Notes: generated by a model from the sequence alone, not told the origin. Counted from the first letter of the stretch, positions 49,018-59,352 are shown. The stretch: DNA of 64,000 bases from Alphaproteobacteria bacterium (GCA_963667785.2 CAXXMU010000001.1:992001-1056000), one strand, 5' to 3'. Numbers and translations: made by a program.

Positions 49018-49974
49018 GTGCGCGCGATCTTCTTCGACTGTCCCACCTTCCTGGCCGATCTCTACGACGACGAGCTCCGGGCTATCGTCCCCGACCTGGC
49101 GGTGACCATCGACGACGTGCCGGGCGACGACGTGGCGGCCTACGTCGGCGACGCGGTCGGCGTGATCAACGACCACACCTATCTCTCGGAGGAGATTCTC
49201 GCCGCCTGCCGGGCGCTGAAGGTGATCGTCTTCATGGGCACCGGCGCCTCCAGCTATATCGACGTGGCGGCCGCCGAGCGGCTCGGCATCGAGGTGCGCA
49301 CCATCAAGGGCTACGGCGACCGCACGGTGGCCGAGCATGCGCTCGCGCTGATGTTCGATTGCGGCCGCCAGACCGCGCGGATGGACCGCGCTCTCCGCGC
49401 CGGCACCTGGCACACGCTGGACAGCGTGGAGTTCGCGGGCAAGACCCTCGGCGTGGTCGGCACCGGCGGCGTCGGCCGCGAGATGGTGCGGCTGGGCCAC
49501 GGGCTCGGCATGAACGTCATCGCCTGGAACCGCAGCGGCGTGCCGGCGGATCTCCCCTGCGCCGCGGCGGAGACCCTGGATGCGCTGCTCGCAGACGCCC
49601 ACGTGGTCTCGCTCCATCTCGGCCTCAACGACGAGACCGAGGGCATGATCGACGCGCGCCGGCTCGCCCTGATGCGGCCCGGCGCGATGCTCGTCAACAC
49701 CGCGCGCGGCGCGGTCGTCAACGAGGCGGCTCTGGTGGAGGCGCTCGGCGAGGGCAGGCTCCGCGCCGCCGGGCTCGACGTCTTCGCCGACGAGCCCATC
49801 GGCGCCGATCATCCCCTGGCGGCCCTGGAGAACGTCACGCTCACGCCCCATGCCGCGTTCATGACCGCCGAGGCGTCATACCGCCTGCTGCGCATGGCGC
49901 TGGAGCAGATGCGGGATGCGCTGGAGGGGCTCGGCCTGCCGGCGCCTGACGGGGACGCGGGCGCCGGCCCGTGA
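49018..49974 (+). CDS. D-2-hydroxyacid dehydrogenase family
   Basis: GTGGVG, LVNTARG, LDVF..EP, TPHAAF. Confidence 0.92.
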   Translation: MRAIFFDCPTFLADLYDDELRAIVPDLAVTIDDVPGDDVAAYVGDAVGVINDHTYLSEEILAACRALKVIVFMGTGASSYIDVAAAERLGIEVRTIKGYGDRTVAEHALALMFDCGRQTARMDRALRAGTWHTLDSVEFAGKTLGVVGTGGVGREMVRLGHGLGMNVIAWNRSGVPADLPCAAAETLDALLADAHVVSLHLGLNDETEGMIDARRLALMRPGAMLVNTARGAVVNEAALVEALGEGRLRAAGLDVFADEPIGADHPLAALENVTLTPHAAFMTAEASYRLLRMALEQMRDALEGLGLPAPDGDAGAGP

Positions 49975-52900
49975 GCGAGGCTCCCGGCCGTCGCCGGCTC
50001 GGCGTCGATGTCGGCGGCACCTTCACCGACCTGCTGCTGGTCGACCACGCGTCGGGCGCCATGCACGTCGCCAAGGTGCCGTCGACGCCCGGGGACCAGT
50101 CCGAGGGCTTCATGGCCGGGCTCGCCCGGCTCGGCGAGGCGGTCGGCGGGTGCGAGACGGTCGTGCACGGCACCACGGTCGGCACCAACGCCGTGCTGGA
50201 GCGCAAGGGGGTGCGCTGCGCGCTGATCACCACCGAGGGCTTCCGCGACACGCTGGAGCTCGGCCGCCGCACCCGCCCGAACCCGTGGGGCATGGTGGGC
50301 CACTTCGAGCCGATCGTGCCGCGCGAGCGCCGCTTCGAGGTGGCGGAGCGGATCGACGCGTCGGGAGGGGTGGTGACCCCGCTCGACGAGGACGGCGTGC
50401 GGGAGGCCGCCCGGGCGGCGCGCGCGAGCGGCGCCGAGGCGCTGGTCATCCACTTCATCCACGCCTATCTCAATCCCGACCACGAGCGGCAGGCGCGGGC
50501 CATCGCCCGCGAGGCCTGGCCCGGCGTCCACATCACGCTGGGCTCCGACATCCTGCGCGAGGTGCGCGAGTTCGAGCGCGGCAGCACGGCCGCGCTCAAC
50601 GGCTACATCCAGCCCATCATGACCCGCTATCTCGCGCGTATCGCGGCCCGGCTCGAGGCCGAGGCCGGCGAGGCTCAGCTCCTGGTGATGCAGGGCAACG
50701 GCGGCATGATGACCGCCGGAATCGCCGGTGAGAAGGCGGTGCAGACGGTCATGTCGGGGCCGGCCGCTGGCGTCATCGCCGCGGCCCGGCTCGGCGCCGC
50801 CGCCGGCTTCCCCAATCTCATAAGCTGCGACATGGGCGGCACCAGCTTCGACATCGCCATCGTGCGGGGCGGGGTGCCGGCCACCACGACGGAGAAGGAC
50901 ATCGCCTACGGCATGCCGCTCCGCGTGCCCATGGTGGACATCCAGACCATCGGCGCCGGCGGCGGCAGCATCGCCCGGGTGGACGCGGGCGGCATCCTGC
51001 GGGTGGGTCCCGAGAGCGCCGGCGCGGCGCCGGGGCCTATCTGTTACGGCAGGGGCGGGCGCGAGCCGACCGTGACCGACGCCAACCTGCTGCTCGGCCG
51101 CATCGACGCCCGCGCTATCGGCGGGCTCGAGAGCGCGCCCGATATCGACGAGGTGCGCCGGATCGTCCGCGAGAAGATCGGCGACCCCCTGGGCCTCGAC
51201 GAAGCGGAGGCCGCGGCCGCGATCATCGACGTGGTGGACCACCAGATGGCGGGCGCGGCGCGGCTGGTCTCCGTGGACAAGGGGCACGACCCGCGCGATT
51301 TCGCCCTCTTCGCGTTCGGCGGCGCGGGGCCCATGCATGCCGCTGCCATCGCGGCCGAGCTTGGCGTACCCCACGTGCTGGTGCCGCGCTTTCCGGGCAT
51401 CACCTCTGCGCTCGGCTGCGTGCTCGCCGACGTACGCCACGATTTCGTACGCACCCTGCACCAGCCGCTCGAAGAGGTGGATGCGGCGGCAGCCGACCGA
51501 ATCCTGGCGGAGCAGGGGGCGGAGGGGCGGGCGCTGCTGGCCGAGGAGGGGGTCACGGTCGCCGCGGCGGAGATCGAGCACGAGGCGGACCTCTTCTATC
51601 GCGGCCAGAGCCACGTCTTCCGCGTGCCGGTCGACGAGGCGGGGTTTTCCGCCGCTGCCGTGCGCGATGCCTTCGCGGCGCTCTACCGCGAGCGCTTCGA
51701 CATCGTGCTGCCGGAGATGCAGCCCGTCCTCGTCAACCTGCGGACGACGGTGCTGGGCGTCCGGCCGCCGCTCGAGCTCACGCTCGCGCCGGAGGACGGG
51801 GCTGCGACGCTGGAGGCGGCGCTGATCGAGACCCGGCCGGTCCATTTCGACGGCGCCTGGGTGGAGACTCCGGTCTACCGCCGCGAGGCGCTGCCGGGGG
51901 ATGCGGCGATCGAAGGCCCCGCCATCATCCAGCAGCTCGACACCACGATCCTGGTGGAGCCCGGCGCGCATGCCCGCGCCGATACCCTCGGCAATCTCGT
52001 GCTCAGCGTGCCGCGGGCGGCAGAGGAGGTCGGAGAGGCCGGCGCGCGCGATCTCGACCCGGTAACGCTGGCGGTGATCGAGAGCGGCCTGCAGCAGGTC
52101 GCGAGCGAGATGGACCTGGTGCACCAGCGGACTTCGTTCTCGCCGGTGATCTCGGAGGCCTACGACCGCTCGAACGGCATCTACGCGCCCGACACCGGCC
52201 AGATCATCGCCCAGGGAGAGCTCGGCTTGCCCATCTTCCTCGGCGTCATGCAGTCGACCACCCAGGCGGTGATCGAGGCGCGCGACGACCTGGAACCCGG
52301 CGACATCGTGCTGGTCAACGACCCCTATTTCGGCGGCACCCATCTGATGGACGTGAAGATGGTGCGGCCCTTCTTCTATCGCGGCCGGCTCTGGGCCTAT
52401 CTCTCCAACACCGGCCACTGGCCCGATACCGGCGGCATGGTGCCGGGCGGCTTCCCCTCTCAGGCGACCGAGATCCAGCAGGAGGGTCTGCGCCTGCCGC
52501 CGGTCAAGCTGCACCGGCGCGGCGTGCTCGACGACGACATCCTGCAGATCGTGCTCGCCAACATCCGCGTGCCGGAGGAGCGGATCGGCGATATCCGCGC
52601 CCAGATCGGCGCGCTGTCGGTGGGCGAGCGGCGGCTCGCCGAGCTTCTCGACAGGCACGGCGAGGCCACGGTCAACCGCGCCATCGAGGTGCTGAAGGAG
52701 CGTTCGGAGCGGCGCATGCGCGCCCACATCGCCTCCATCCCCGATGGCGCGTACGCCTTCTCCAGCTACATGGATTCCGACGGCGTCGACGACGAGGCGC
52801 TGGAAGTGCGCGCCCGGGTCACCGTCGACGGCAGCGACCTCAGCGTCGATCTTGCCGGCTCCAGCCCGCCCTGCCGCGGGCCGGTGAACTCGGTCTGGGC

Positions 52901-53738
52901 GACCACGCTGGCCTCGGTCTATTGCGCGCTCAAGCACGTCTTCCCCGACGTGCCGATCAACGCCGGGTGCTTTCGTCCGATCGCCGTCGCGCCGCCGCAC
53001 GGCACCTTCCTCTATGCCGAGTACCCCCGGCCGGTCTCGGGCTGCGCCGCCGAGACCGCGCAGCGGATCATGGAGGCCGTGTTCGGCGCGCTCGGCGAGG
53101 CCATGCCGGAGCGCATGTTCGCGGCCCCCGCCGGGACCAGCGGCAACTTCAGCTTGGGCGGCGACGACCCGGCCGAGGGTCGCCGCTACGTCATGTACAT
53201 CTTCTCCGGCGGCGGCTACGGCGGCTGGTGGGAGGGCGACGGGCTCACCAATGGGTGCTCGTCGGTCGGCATCTCCAAGACCCAGCCGGCGGAGATCCTG
53301 GAGCAGCACTACCCCATCCTGTTCGAGGAATACGCGCTGCGCGAGGGCTCCGGCGGTGCCGGCCGGCACCGGGGCGGGTTCGGCGTGAGCTACCGCGTGC
53401 GCCTGCTCAGGGGCGAGGCGAAGGCGTCCTTCATGATGGACCACGGCCGCACCGGCCCCCACGGCCTCGCCGGCGGCCTGCCCGGCGCCTGCAACCGCAT
53501 CGAGGTGCGCCGCGGCAACGAGGTCGAGGCGCCGCCGCATCTCTCCAAGGGCGAGGGCTATCACCTGGCGCCCGGCGACACGGTCCAGGTGCGGACCCCC
53601 GGCGGCGGCGGCCTGGGCGATCCCCGCCTGCGTCCGCGCTCGCGCGTCGCCGCCGACATCGGCCGCGGCTATCTCTCCGAGGCCGAGGCGGCGCGGGATT
53701 ACGGCTACGATCCCGGCGCCGACGAGGCGGCGGAGTAG
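49971..53738 (+). CDS. Fused hydantoinase A/B (5-oxoprolinase / N-methylhydantoinase family)
   Basis: DVGGTFTD, DMGGTSFD, VGPESAGA; B domain NDPYFGGTHLMD, HWPDTGG, PGGGG. Confidence 0.93.
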   Translation: MSEAPGRRRLGVDVGGTFTDLLLVDHASGAMHVAKVPSTPGDQSEGFMAGLARLGEAVGGCETVVHGTTVGTNAVLERKGVRCALITTEGFRDTLELGRRTRPNPWGMVGHFEPIVPRERRFEVAERIDASGGVVTPLDEDGVREAARAARASGAEALVIHFIHAYLNPDHERQARAIAREAWPGVHITLGSDILREVREFERGSTAALNGYIQPIMTRYLARIAARLEAEAGEAQLLVMQGNGGMMTAGIAGEKAVQTVMSGPAAGVIAAARLGAAAGFPNLISCDMGGTSFDIAIVRGGVPATTTEKDIAYGMPLRVPMVDIQTIGAGGGSIARVDAGGILRVGPESAGAAPGPICYGRGGREPTVTDANLLLGRIDARAIGGLESAPDIDEVRRIVREKIGDPLGLDEAEAAAAIIDVVDHQMAGAARLVSVDKGHDPRDFALFAFGGAGPMHAAAIAAELGVPHVLVPRFPGITSALGCVLADVRHDFVRTLHQPLEEVDAAAADRILAEQGAEGRALLAEEGVTVAAAEIEHEADLFYRGQSHVFRVPVDEAGFSAAAVRDAFAALYRERFDIVLPEMQPVLVNLRTTVLGVRPPLELTLAPEDGAATLEAALIETRPVHFDGAWVETPVYRREALPGDAAIEGPAIIQQLDTTILVEPGAHARADTLGNLVLSVPRAAEEVGEAGARDLDPVTLAVIESGLQQVASEMDLVHQRTSFSPVISEAYDRSNGIYAPDTGQIIAQGELGLPIFLGVMQSTTQAVIEARDDLEPGDIVLVNDPYFGGTHLMDVKMVRPFFYRGRLWAYLSNTGHWPDTGGMVPGGFPSQATEIQQEGLRLPPVKLHRRGVLDDDILQIVLANIRVPEERIGDIRAQIGALSVGERRLAELLDRHGEATVNRAIEVLKERSERRMRAHIASIPDGAYAFSSYMDSDGVDDEALEVRARVTVDGSDLSVDLAGSSPPCRGPVNSVWATTLASVYCALKHVFPDVPINAGCFRPIAVAPPHGTFLYAEYPRPVSGCAAETAQRIMEAVFGALGEAMPERMFAAPAGTSGNFSLGGDDPAEGRRYVMYIFSGGGYGGWWEGDGLTNGCSSVGISKTQPAEILEQHYPILFEEYALREGSGGAGRHRGGFGVSYRVRLLRGEAKASFMMDHGRTGPHGLAGGLPGACNRIEVRRGNEVEAPPHLSKGEGYHLAPGDTVQVRTPGGGGLGDPRLRPRSRVAADIGRGYLSEAEAARDYGYDPGADEAAE

Positions 53739-53764
53739 CGAGGCGGGTTACCGGCGACGCGCGT

Positions 53765-54079
53765 TTAAGGAGCTGCCCGGCTCTCGGCGCGGGCGCGGAC
53801 ACGCGCGCGTATGTCCCTGCCGCTCTCGACCAGTGCCCTGGAGAGTTCATGGGTCTTCTGGGCATTCATCCAGAACTCCGGGCTCTGGCCGAAATAGGCG
53901 CCCAGCGCGATCGCGGTCTCCGCGCTGACGCCGCGCCGCTCGTGGACGATCTCGTGCAGGCGGGTCGCCGGCAGGCCGCTGTCGCGCGCGACGCCGTGAA
54001 CGGTGAGCCCCATCTCCTCGATCTGCTCCCGCAGCAAGGCGCCCGGGTGGGTCGCGATCCGATTGGTGGGCACTGACAT
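53765..54079 (-). CDS. higA: HigA antitoxin
   Basis: THPGALLRE..RLHEIVHERRGVSAETA..FGQSPEFWMNAQ. Confidence 0.9.
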   Translation of the reverse strand: MSVPTNRIATHPGALLREQIEEMGLTVHGVARDSGLPATRLHEIVHERRGVSAETAIALGAYFGQSPEFWMNAQKTHELSRALVESGRDIRARVRARAESRAAP

Positions 54080-54098
54080 CGGTGTCCCTCCTTACGCA

Positions 54099-54383
54099 TC
54101 AATCGTAGTGGTTGTTCAACGTCACCTCGAAAGCGTGCCCATCTTGCCAGCAGAAGCAGATCCGCCATCCCCGAGAAACCCGAATGCTATGTTGCCCTTC
54201 ACGATTGCCGCTCAACCGTTCGAGACGGTTTCCGGGCGGTATGCGAAGGTCATCGAGCCGCGCTGCATAGTTGATCCGGTCCAGCTTGTTCCGCGCACGT
54301 TTCAGGATCGATGGCGGAAAGGACGGCTCGCTCACACCATTGAAGACGTTTTCCGTTCGCCGGTCGGCGAAAGTCCGGATCAT
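54099..54383 (-). CDS. higB: HigB toxin (plasmid-killer type)
   Basis: MIRTFAD..DLRIPPGNRLERLSGNREGQHSIRV..WRICFCW. Confidence 0.92.
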   Translation of the reverse strand: MIRTFADRRTENVFNGVSEPSFPPSILKRARNKLDRINYAARLDDLRIPPGNRLERLSGNREGQHSIRVSRGWRICFCWQDGHAFEVTLNNHYD

Positions 54384-54398
54384 CCCACTCGCTTCGAT

Positions 54399-54427
54399 AT
54401 GATAGACGTTATACGCAAAAAGTACAA
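54399..54427 (-). promoter_or_regulatory. sigma70-like promoter of higBA
   Basis: TTGTAC-17bp-TATCAT. Confidence 0.7.
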
Positions 54428-54511
54428 TCAGGTGCCAAGGTGCTCAAGGATTGACGGGTGAGCTCACGGCATCGGGGGGGTCGGAGGGGTTCCGCCCCGC
54501 GCGCCCCGCCG

Positions 54512-54540
54512 TTGACTCGTGCGCCCCTTCTCTCCACACT
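54512..54540 (+). promoter_or_regulatory. Candidate sigma70 promoter of the small-protein/hydantoinase operon
   Basis: TTGACT-17bp-CACACT. Confidence 0.45.
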
Positions 54541-54591
54541 CCGGCGGCTTGTCGAGGGCCGGCGCGACGGGCCGGAGGCGGAGGGAGGCGT

Positions 54592-54807
54592 ATGCGCTTT
54601 TCGGACAACGGGTATTACATCGAGCGCTATGTGAAGTGCGACAATTGCGGCGTGCTCATCTATGACGAGGGGATCGCCGCCACCGTCAAGGGCAAGGACC
54701 AGCTCTTCTGCTCGGACTGGTGCGTCCAGTGGTTCACGGCGAGGGCCGACGGCGTCGAGCAGCCGCGCATCCCGCTGCCGAAGCAGGGCATTCACGAGAC
54801 AGGCTGA
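54592..54807 (+). CDS. Small Cys-rich metal-binding protein (TRASH/YHS-like)
   Basis: GGGAGG RBS; CDNC..FCSDWC. Confidence 0.78.
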   Translation: MRFSDNGYYIERYVKCDNCGVLIYDEGIAATVKGKDQLFCSDWCVQWFTARADGVEQPRIPLPKQGIHETG

Positions 54808-54864
54808 GGGCGCGGCGGCGAACGTCACCCTCACTCGATCGGCCGGCCGGAAGGGCGGAGCAGC

Positions 54865-56904
54865 ATGAGCGATCTGGTCGGGATCGACGTGGGCGGCACC
54901 TTCACTGACTTCGTCCGCTACGATCCCGAGACCCAGGCGGTCGACGTCTGGAAGACCCTGTCGACACCGGCCGATCCCATCGAGGGGATCGTCGGCGGGC
55001 TCGACAGCTCCGGCAATACCGGCGCCATCGGCAACATCCGCTTCGGCACCACCATCGCCACCAACGCGATCCTCGAGCGCAAGGGCGCTACCGTCGCCTA
55101 CCTCACCACCACCGGCTTTCGCGACGTGCCCTTCATCCAGCGGGGCAAGCGCAAGAGCCACTACGACATCACCTGGATCAAGGCCAAGCCGCTGGTGAAG
55201 CGGCGCCACTGCTACGAGGTGGACGAGCGGATTCTGGCGCGGGGCGAGGTCTACCGTGCGCTGGATGCCGAGCGCGTCCGCGCCATCGCCCGCGCGATCA
55301 AGACCCAAGGCGGGGTCGAGGCGGTCGCCATCAACTTCCTCTTCTCCTTCGTGACGCCCGACCACGAGCGCGAGGCGCGGGCGATATTCGCGGAGGAATG
55401 CCCGGAGCTCCCGGTCAGCATCTCCTACGAGGTGCTGCCCAAGTGGAAGGAGTTCGAGCGCTCGTCGACCACCATCACCGACGCCTACATCAAGCCCGTC
55501 GTGAGCCGTCATCTGGGCACCATGCGGGCGCGGCTGGACGAGAAGGGCATCACCCGCCAGGTCGCCGCGATCAAGTCCAACGGCGGCGAGATGACCCTCG
55601 AGGAAGCCTCCCGGCACCCCATCCAGATGACCCTCTCGGGTCCCACGGGCGGCGTGGTCGGCGCCAAGCAGATCGCCCGCAGCGTCGGCGTGGACCACCT
55701 GGTCACCCTCGACATGGGCGGCACCTCGACCGACGTCTCCACCGTGGTCGGCGGCAACGAGAGCTTCACCACCAGCTTCGAGATCGAGTTCGGCCTGCCG
55801 ATCCAGATCCCCATGATCGACATCCGCACCATGGGCGCGGGCGGCGGCTCGCTTGCCTGGATCGACAAGGGCGGCATGCTGCGCGTAGGCCCGGAGAGCG
55901 CCGGCGCCAATCCGGGCCCGGCCTGCTACAGCCTCGGCGGCACGCAGGCGACGGCGACCGACGCCAACCTCGCGCTCGGCCGCATCAACCCGGCCAACTT
56001 CCTCGGCGGCGCCATGGCGCTCGATGCGGGTGCGGCGGCGGCGGCGATCTCCCGCGTCGCGGATGCGATCGGCAAGCCGGTCGAGGAGACCGCGCTCGCC
56101 ATGGTGCAGATCGCCAACAACAACATGATCGGCGCGCTGCGCTCGGTGCTGACCGAGCGCGGCCTCGATCCGCGCGACTTCACCCTGCTGGCCTTCGGCG
56201 GCGCCGGCCCGGTCCACGTCGCCGACCTCATGGTCAACGCCAATATCCCGAGCGGCATCGTGCCCAACCATCCGGGGCAGTTCTCGGCCTTCGGCTTCCT
56301 CATGACCGATGCCCGCGTCGATCTGGAGCGGACGGCGCAGATGACGTCCGCCGCCTTCGACCAGGACCACGCCAACCGCGTGCTCTCCGACCTGATCGGC
56401 GAGGGCGTCGCCGCGCTGGAAGAGCAGGGCTACACCAGGAACATCGAGATCCACCGCTCGCTGGAGATGCGCTATCTCGGCCAGAACCACGAGCTCGACG
56501 TGCCCGTCGCCTTCGACCGCTTCGACGAGAGCACGCTGCCGGGGCTGTGGGAGGCCTTCCACCGGGCGCACCGCGACCGCTTCAATTTCGACATTCCGGG
56601 CGAGAAGATCGAGATGACCTCGGTCAAGGTCACCGCGGTCTCGGTGACCGACAAGCCCACGCTTGCGGAAATCGGCGAGGCGGACGGCGAGCCCGTGCCG
56701 GCGGCGACGCGGCGGGTGCTCTTCGAGGAGGGCTGGGAGGAGACTCCGGTCCACGACCGGGCTGCGCTCCGTCACGGGCATCGCTTCGAAGGCCCCGTGC
56801 TGATCGAGGAGCCCGCCTCGGTCACCGTCGTCCGCCCGGGCCAGCCGGTGCGGATCGACCGCTACGGCAATATTCTGGTCGGCGAGATCGCGCGCCAGAA
56901 CTGA
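54865..56904 (+). CDS. Hydantoinase/oxoprolinase A subunit
   Basis: DVGGTFTD, DMGGTSTD, VGPESAGANPGPACY. Confidence 0.93.
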   Translation: MSDLVGIDVGGTFTDFVRYDPETQAVDVWKTLSTPADPIEGIVGGLDSSGNTGAIGNIRFGTTIATNAILERKGATVAYLTTTGFRDVPFIQRGKRKSHYDITWIKAKPLVKRRHCYEVDERILARGEVYRALDAERVRAIARAIKTQGGVEAVAINFLFSFVTPDHEREARAIFAEECPELPVSISYEVLPKWKEFERSSTTITDAYIKPVVSRHLGTMRARLDEKGITRQVAAIKSNGGEMTLEEASRHPIQMTLSGPTGGVVGAKQIARSVGVDHLVTLDMGGTSTDVSTVVGGNESFTTSFEIEFGLPIQIPMIDIRTMGAGGGSLAWIDKGGMLRVGPESAGANPGPACYSLGGTQATATDANLALGRINPANFLGGAMALDAGAAAAAISRVADAIGKPVEETALAMVQIANNNMIGALRSVLTERGLDPRDFTLLAFGGAGPVHVADLMVNANIPSGIVPNHPGQFSAFGFLMTDARVDLERTAQMTSAAFDQDHANRVLSDLIGEGVAALEEQGYTRNIEIHRSLEMRYLGQNHELDVPVAFDRFDESTLPGLWEAFHRAHRDRFNFDIPGEKIEMTSVKVTAVSVTDKPTLAEIGEADGEPVPAATRRVLFEEGWEETPVHDRAALRHGHRFEGPVLIEEPASVTVVRPGQPVRIDRYGNILVGEIARQN

Positions 56905-56945
56905 CCCCCAGCTCGGGTCCGCGCGCGGGAGGAAAGGAAGCCGTC

Positions 56946-58685
56946 ATGGACATGGTCACGATGAACATCATCGAATCCGCCATAGTCGCGATCTGCCGCG
57001 AAATGGGCGTCAATGTGCAGAAGACCGCCTATTCGACGATCTTTTCCGAAGCCGAGGACTTCACGTGCGCGCTCGCCAACGCCGAAGGCGAGATGATCGC
57101 CGTCGGCGAGTTCTGCCCGGCGCAGATCGGCGGCGTGCCCCTGCTCGTGCGCTCGATGGTGAAGGAGATTTCGCTCGACGAGATCGACGAGGGCGACGTG
57201 ATCGTCCACAACGACCCCTACCGCGGCGGCCTGCACACGCCCGAGCACACCATGTTCAAGCCGATCTTCGTCGACGGCGAGCTGATGGGCTTCGCCGTCG
57301 CCATCGGGCACTTCGTCGAGACCGGCGGCATGGTGCCCGGCGGCTTCCCCGGTGAGGCCACCGAGATCTTCCACGAAGGGCTGCGCGTGCCCCCGGTCAA
57401 GATCAAGAAGCGCGGCGAGGATGTGGTCGAGGTCTGGAAGCTGATGCTCGCCAACGTCCGCACCCCGCGCCAGAACTACGGCGACATTCGCGCGCTGATC
57501 TCCGCCGTCGACCTCGGCGAGGCGCGCTTGAAGGAGCTGATCGGCAAGTACGGCCGCGAGACCTTCCGCCGCACCGTCACCGACCTCATGGACTACTCCG
57601 AAGCCCGCATGCGGGCCGAGATCGGGGCCTTCCCCGACGGCTGCTACCGCTTCGAGGACGGGATGGAGGACGACGGCATCGAGGAGAAGGAGTTCACCAT
57701 CCGTTGCGCCGTCCATGTCCAGGGCGACGAGGTGGTGATCGACTACACCGGCTCCTCGCCCCAGGCGCTCGGCCCGATCAACGCCACCCTCGGCGTCGCC
57801 TGGTCGGCCTCCTACAACGCCATGCTGCACCTGACCGACCAGACGATCCCGAAGAACTCGGGCTGCTTCCGCCCGATCCGCGTCATCGCGCCGGCCGGCA
57901 CTCTGATGAACGTGGACTATCCCGGCTCCGAGGTCGGCGGCAACACCGAGACCCATCCCCTCATCGTCGCGATCATCCTGGGCGCGATGGCGCCAGCGGC
58001 GCCGGACCGCGTGATGGCCTCCGAAGGCACCACCCACGGCTGCTTCGTCTTCGGCGGCTACGATGCGCGCAACGACGAGCCCATCGGCGCGTTCGATTTC
58101 TCCTACGTGGGCTACGGCGGGCGCAGCTTCGCCGACGGCAACGACGCCACCGATTCGATCAACGGCAATTGCGCCAACACGCCGACCGAGGTGTTCGAGA
58201 CGCGCTTTCCGTGGATCGTCGAGGAATATGCGCTGCGCCAGGATTCGGCCGGTGCCGGCGCCCATCGCGGGGGCCTGAGCATCTCCAAGACCATGCTCTG
58301 CACCGGCGACGTGATGATCAGCCAGATGACCAACAAGCACAAGAAGGTCGCCTGGGGGCTCAACGGCGGCGGCTCCGGCATTCCGGGCGCGACGCTCTAC
58401 CAGAAGGAGGGCGCCAACCGCTGGACGACGGTCGGCGAGGCCTTCGGCAAGATCTCCACCAGCAAGTACTCGAATGTCCCGATCCGCCCTGGCGAGCGGG
58501 TCTCGGTCAAGGCGCCGGGCGGCGGCGGCTACGGCGAGCCGCGCGAGCGCGACCCCCGCGCCGTGGTGGAGGACGTGCTCGAGGGATATGTCAGCGCCGA
58601 GGCGGCGGCGCGGGACTACGGCTACGAATCGTCGTGGATCGCCCGCTACGGCACCGATGCCCCGCTGCCGGAGGCCGCCGAATAG
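56946..58685 (+). CDS. Hydantoinase/oxoprolinase B subunit
   Basis: GGAAAGGAAG RBS; TAYSTIFSEAEDF, NDPYRGGLHTPE, EIFHEGL, PGGGGYG. Confidence 0.92.
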   Translation: MDMVTMNIIESAIVAICREMGVNVQKTAYSTIFSEAEDFTCALANAEGEMIAVGEFCPAQIGGVPLLVRSMVKEISLDEIDEGDVIVHNDPYRGGLHTPEHTMFKPIFVDGELMGFAVAIGHFVETGGMVPGGFPGEATEIFHEGLRVPPVKIKKRGEDVVEVWKLMLANVRTPRQNYGDIRALISAVDLGEARLKELIGKYGRETFRRTVTDLMDYSEARMRAEIGAFPDGCYRFEDGMEDDGIEEKEFTIRCAVHVQGDEVVIDYTGSSPQALGPINATLGVAWSASYNAMLHLTDQTIPKNSGCFRPIRVIAPAGTLMNVDYPGSEVGGNTETHPLIVAIILGAMAPAAPDRVMASEGTTHGCFVFGGYDARNDEPIGAFDFSYVGYGGRSFADGNDATDSINGNCANTPTEVFETRFPWIVEEYALRQDSAGAGAHRGGLSISKTMLCTGDVMISQMTNKHKKVAWGLNGGGSGIPGATLYQKEGANRWTTVGEAFGKISTSKYSNVPIRPGERVSVKAPGGGGYGEPRERDPRAVVEDVLEGYVSAEAAARDYGYESSWIARYGTDAPLPEAAE

Positions 58686-58710
58686 GGTAGCCCGGACGGG
58701 GGCGGGCGAG

Positions 58711-59352
58711 ATGGCTGGGAGCGACGGGGCCGGTCAGGCCTCGGCGGATACCGTCACCATCAAGAAGTACGCCAACCGGCGGCTCTACAACACCGCCACC
58801 AGCAGCTACGTGACCCTCGATACCCTGTGCGACATGGTGAGGAACGGCGATGACTTCGTCGTGGTCGACGCGAAGTCCGGCGACGATATCACCCGCCAGG
58901 TGCTGACCCAGATCATCGTCGAGCAGGAGGCCAAGGGGCATAACATGCTGCCCCTCAGCTTCCTCCGCCAGTTGATCCAGCTCTACGGCGACAACGTCCA
59001 GGCGTTCGTTCCGCGCTATCTCGAGCTCACCATGGAGACGTTCGCGCGCAACCAGGGCGATATCCGCGCGCGGATGAACGATGCGTTCGGCGGCATGCTG
59101 CCGGTCGAGGATATCGAGGCCATGACCGAGCGCAACGTCCAACTGATGAAGCGCACCATGGAGATGTTCTCGGGCGTCCCGGCCGGGCAGGCGGGCGCGG
59201 CGCCGAATGCCGCCTCGGGCGGAGATGCGGGCGACGACACCGGCGGCGACGGGGCGGCCGATGTCGGCGCCGTCATGGACAGGCTCGACAAGATGCAGCA
59301 GCAGCTCGACGCCCTCAGCGGCCGCGACCGGAAGGACGCAGACGACGGCTGA
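58711..59352 (+). CDS. phaR: Polyhydroxyalkanoate synthesis repressor PhaR
   Basis: IKKYANRRLYNT..SYVTL..DAKSGDDITRQVLTQII..FLRQLI. Confidence 0.95.
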   Translation: MAGSDGAGQASADTVTIKKYANRRLYNTATSSYVTLDTLCDMVRNGDDFVVVDAKSGDDITRQVLTQIIVEQEAKGHNMLPLSFLRQLIQLYGDNVQAFVPRYLELTMETFARNQGDIRARMNDAFGGMLPVEDIEAMTERNVQLMKRTMEMFSGVPAGQAGAAPNAASGGDAGDDTGGDGAADVGAVMDRLDKMQQQLDALSGRDRKDADDG

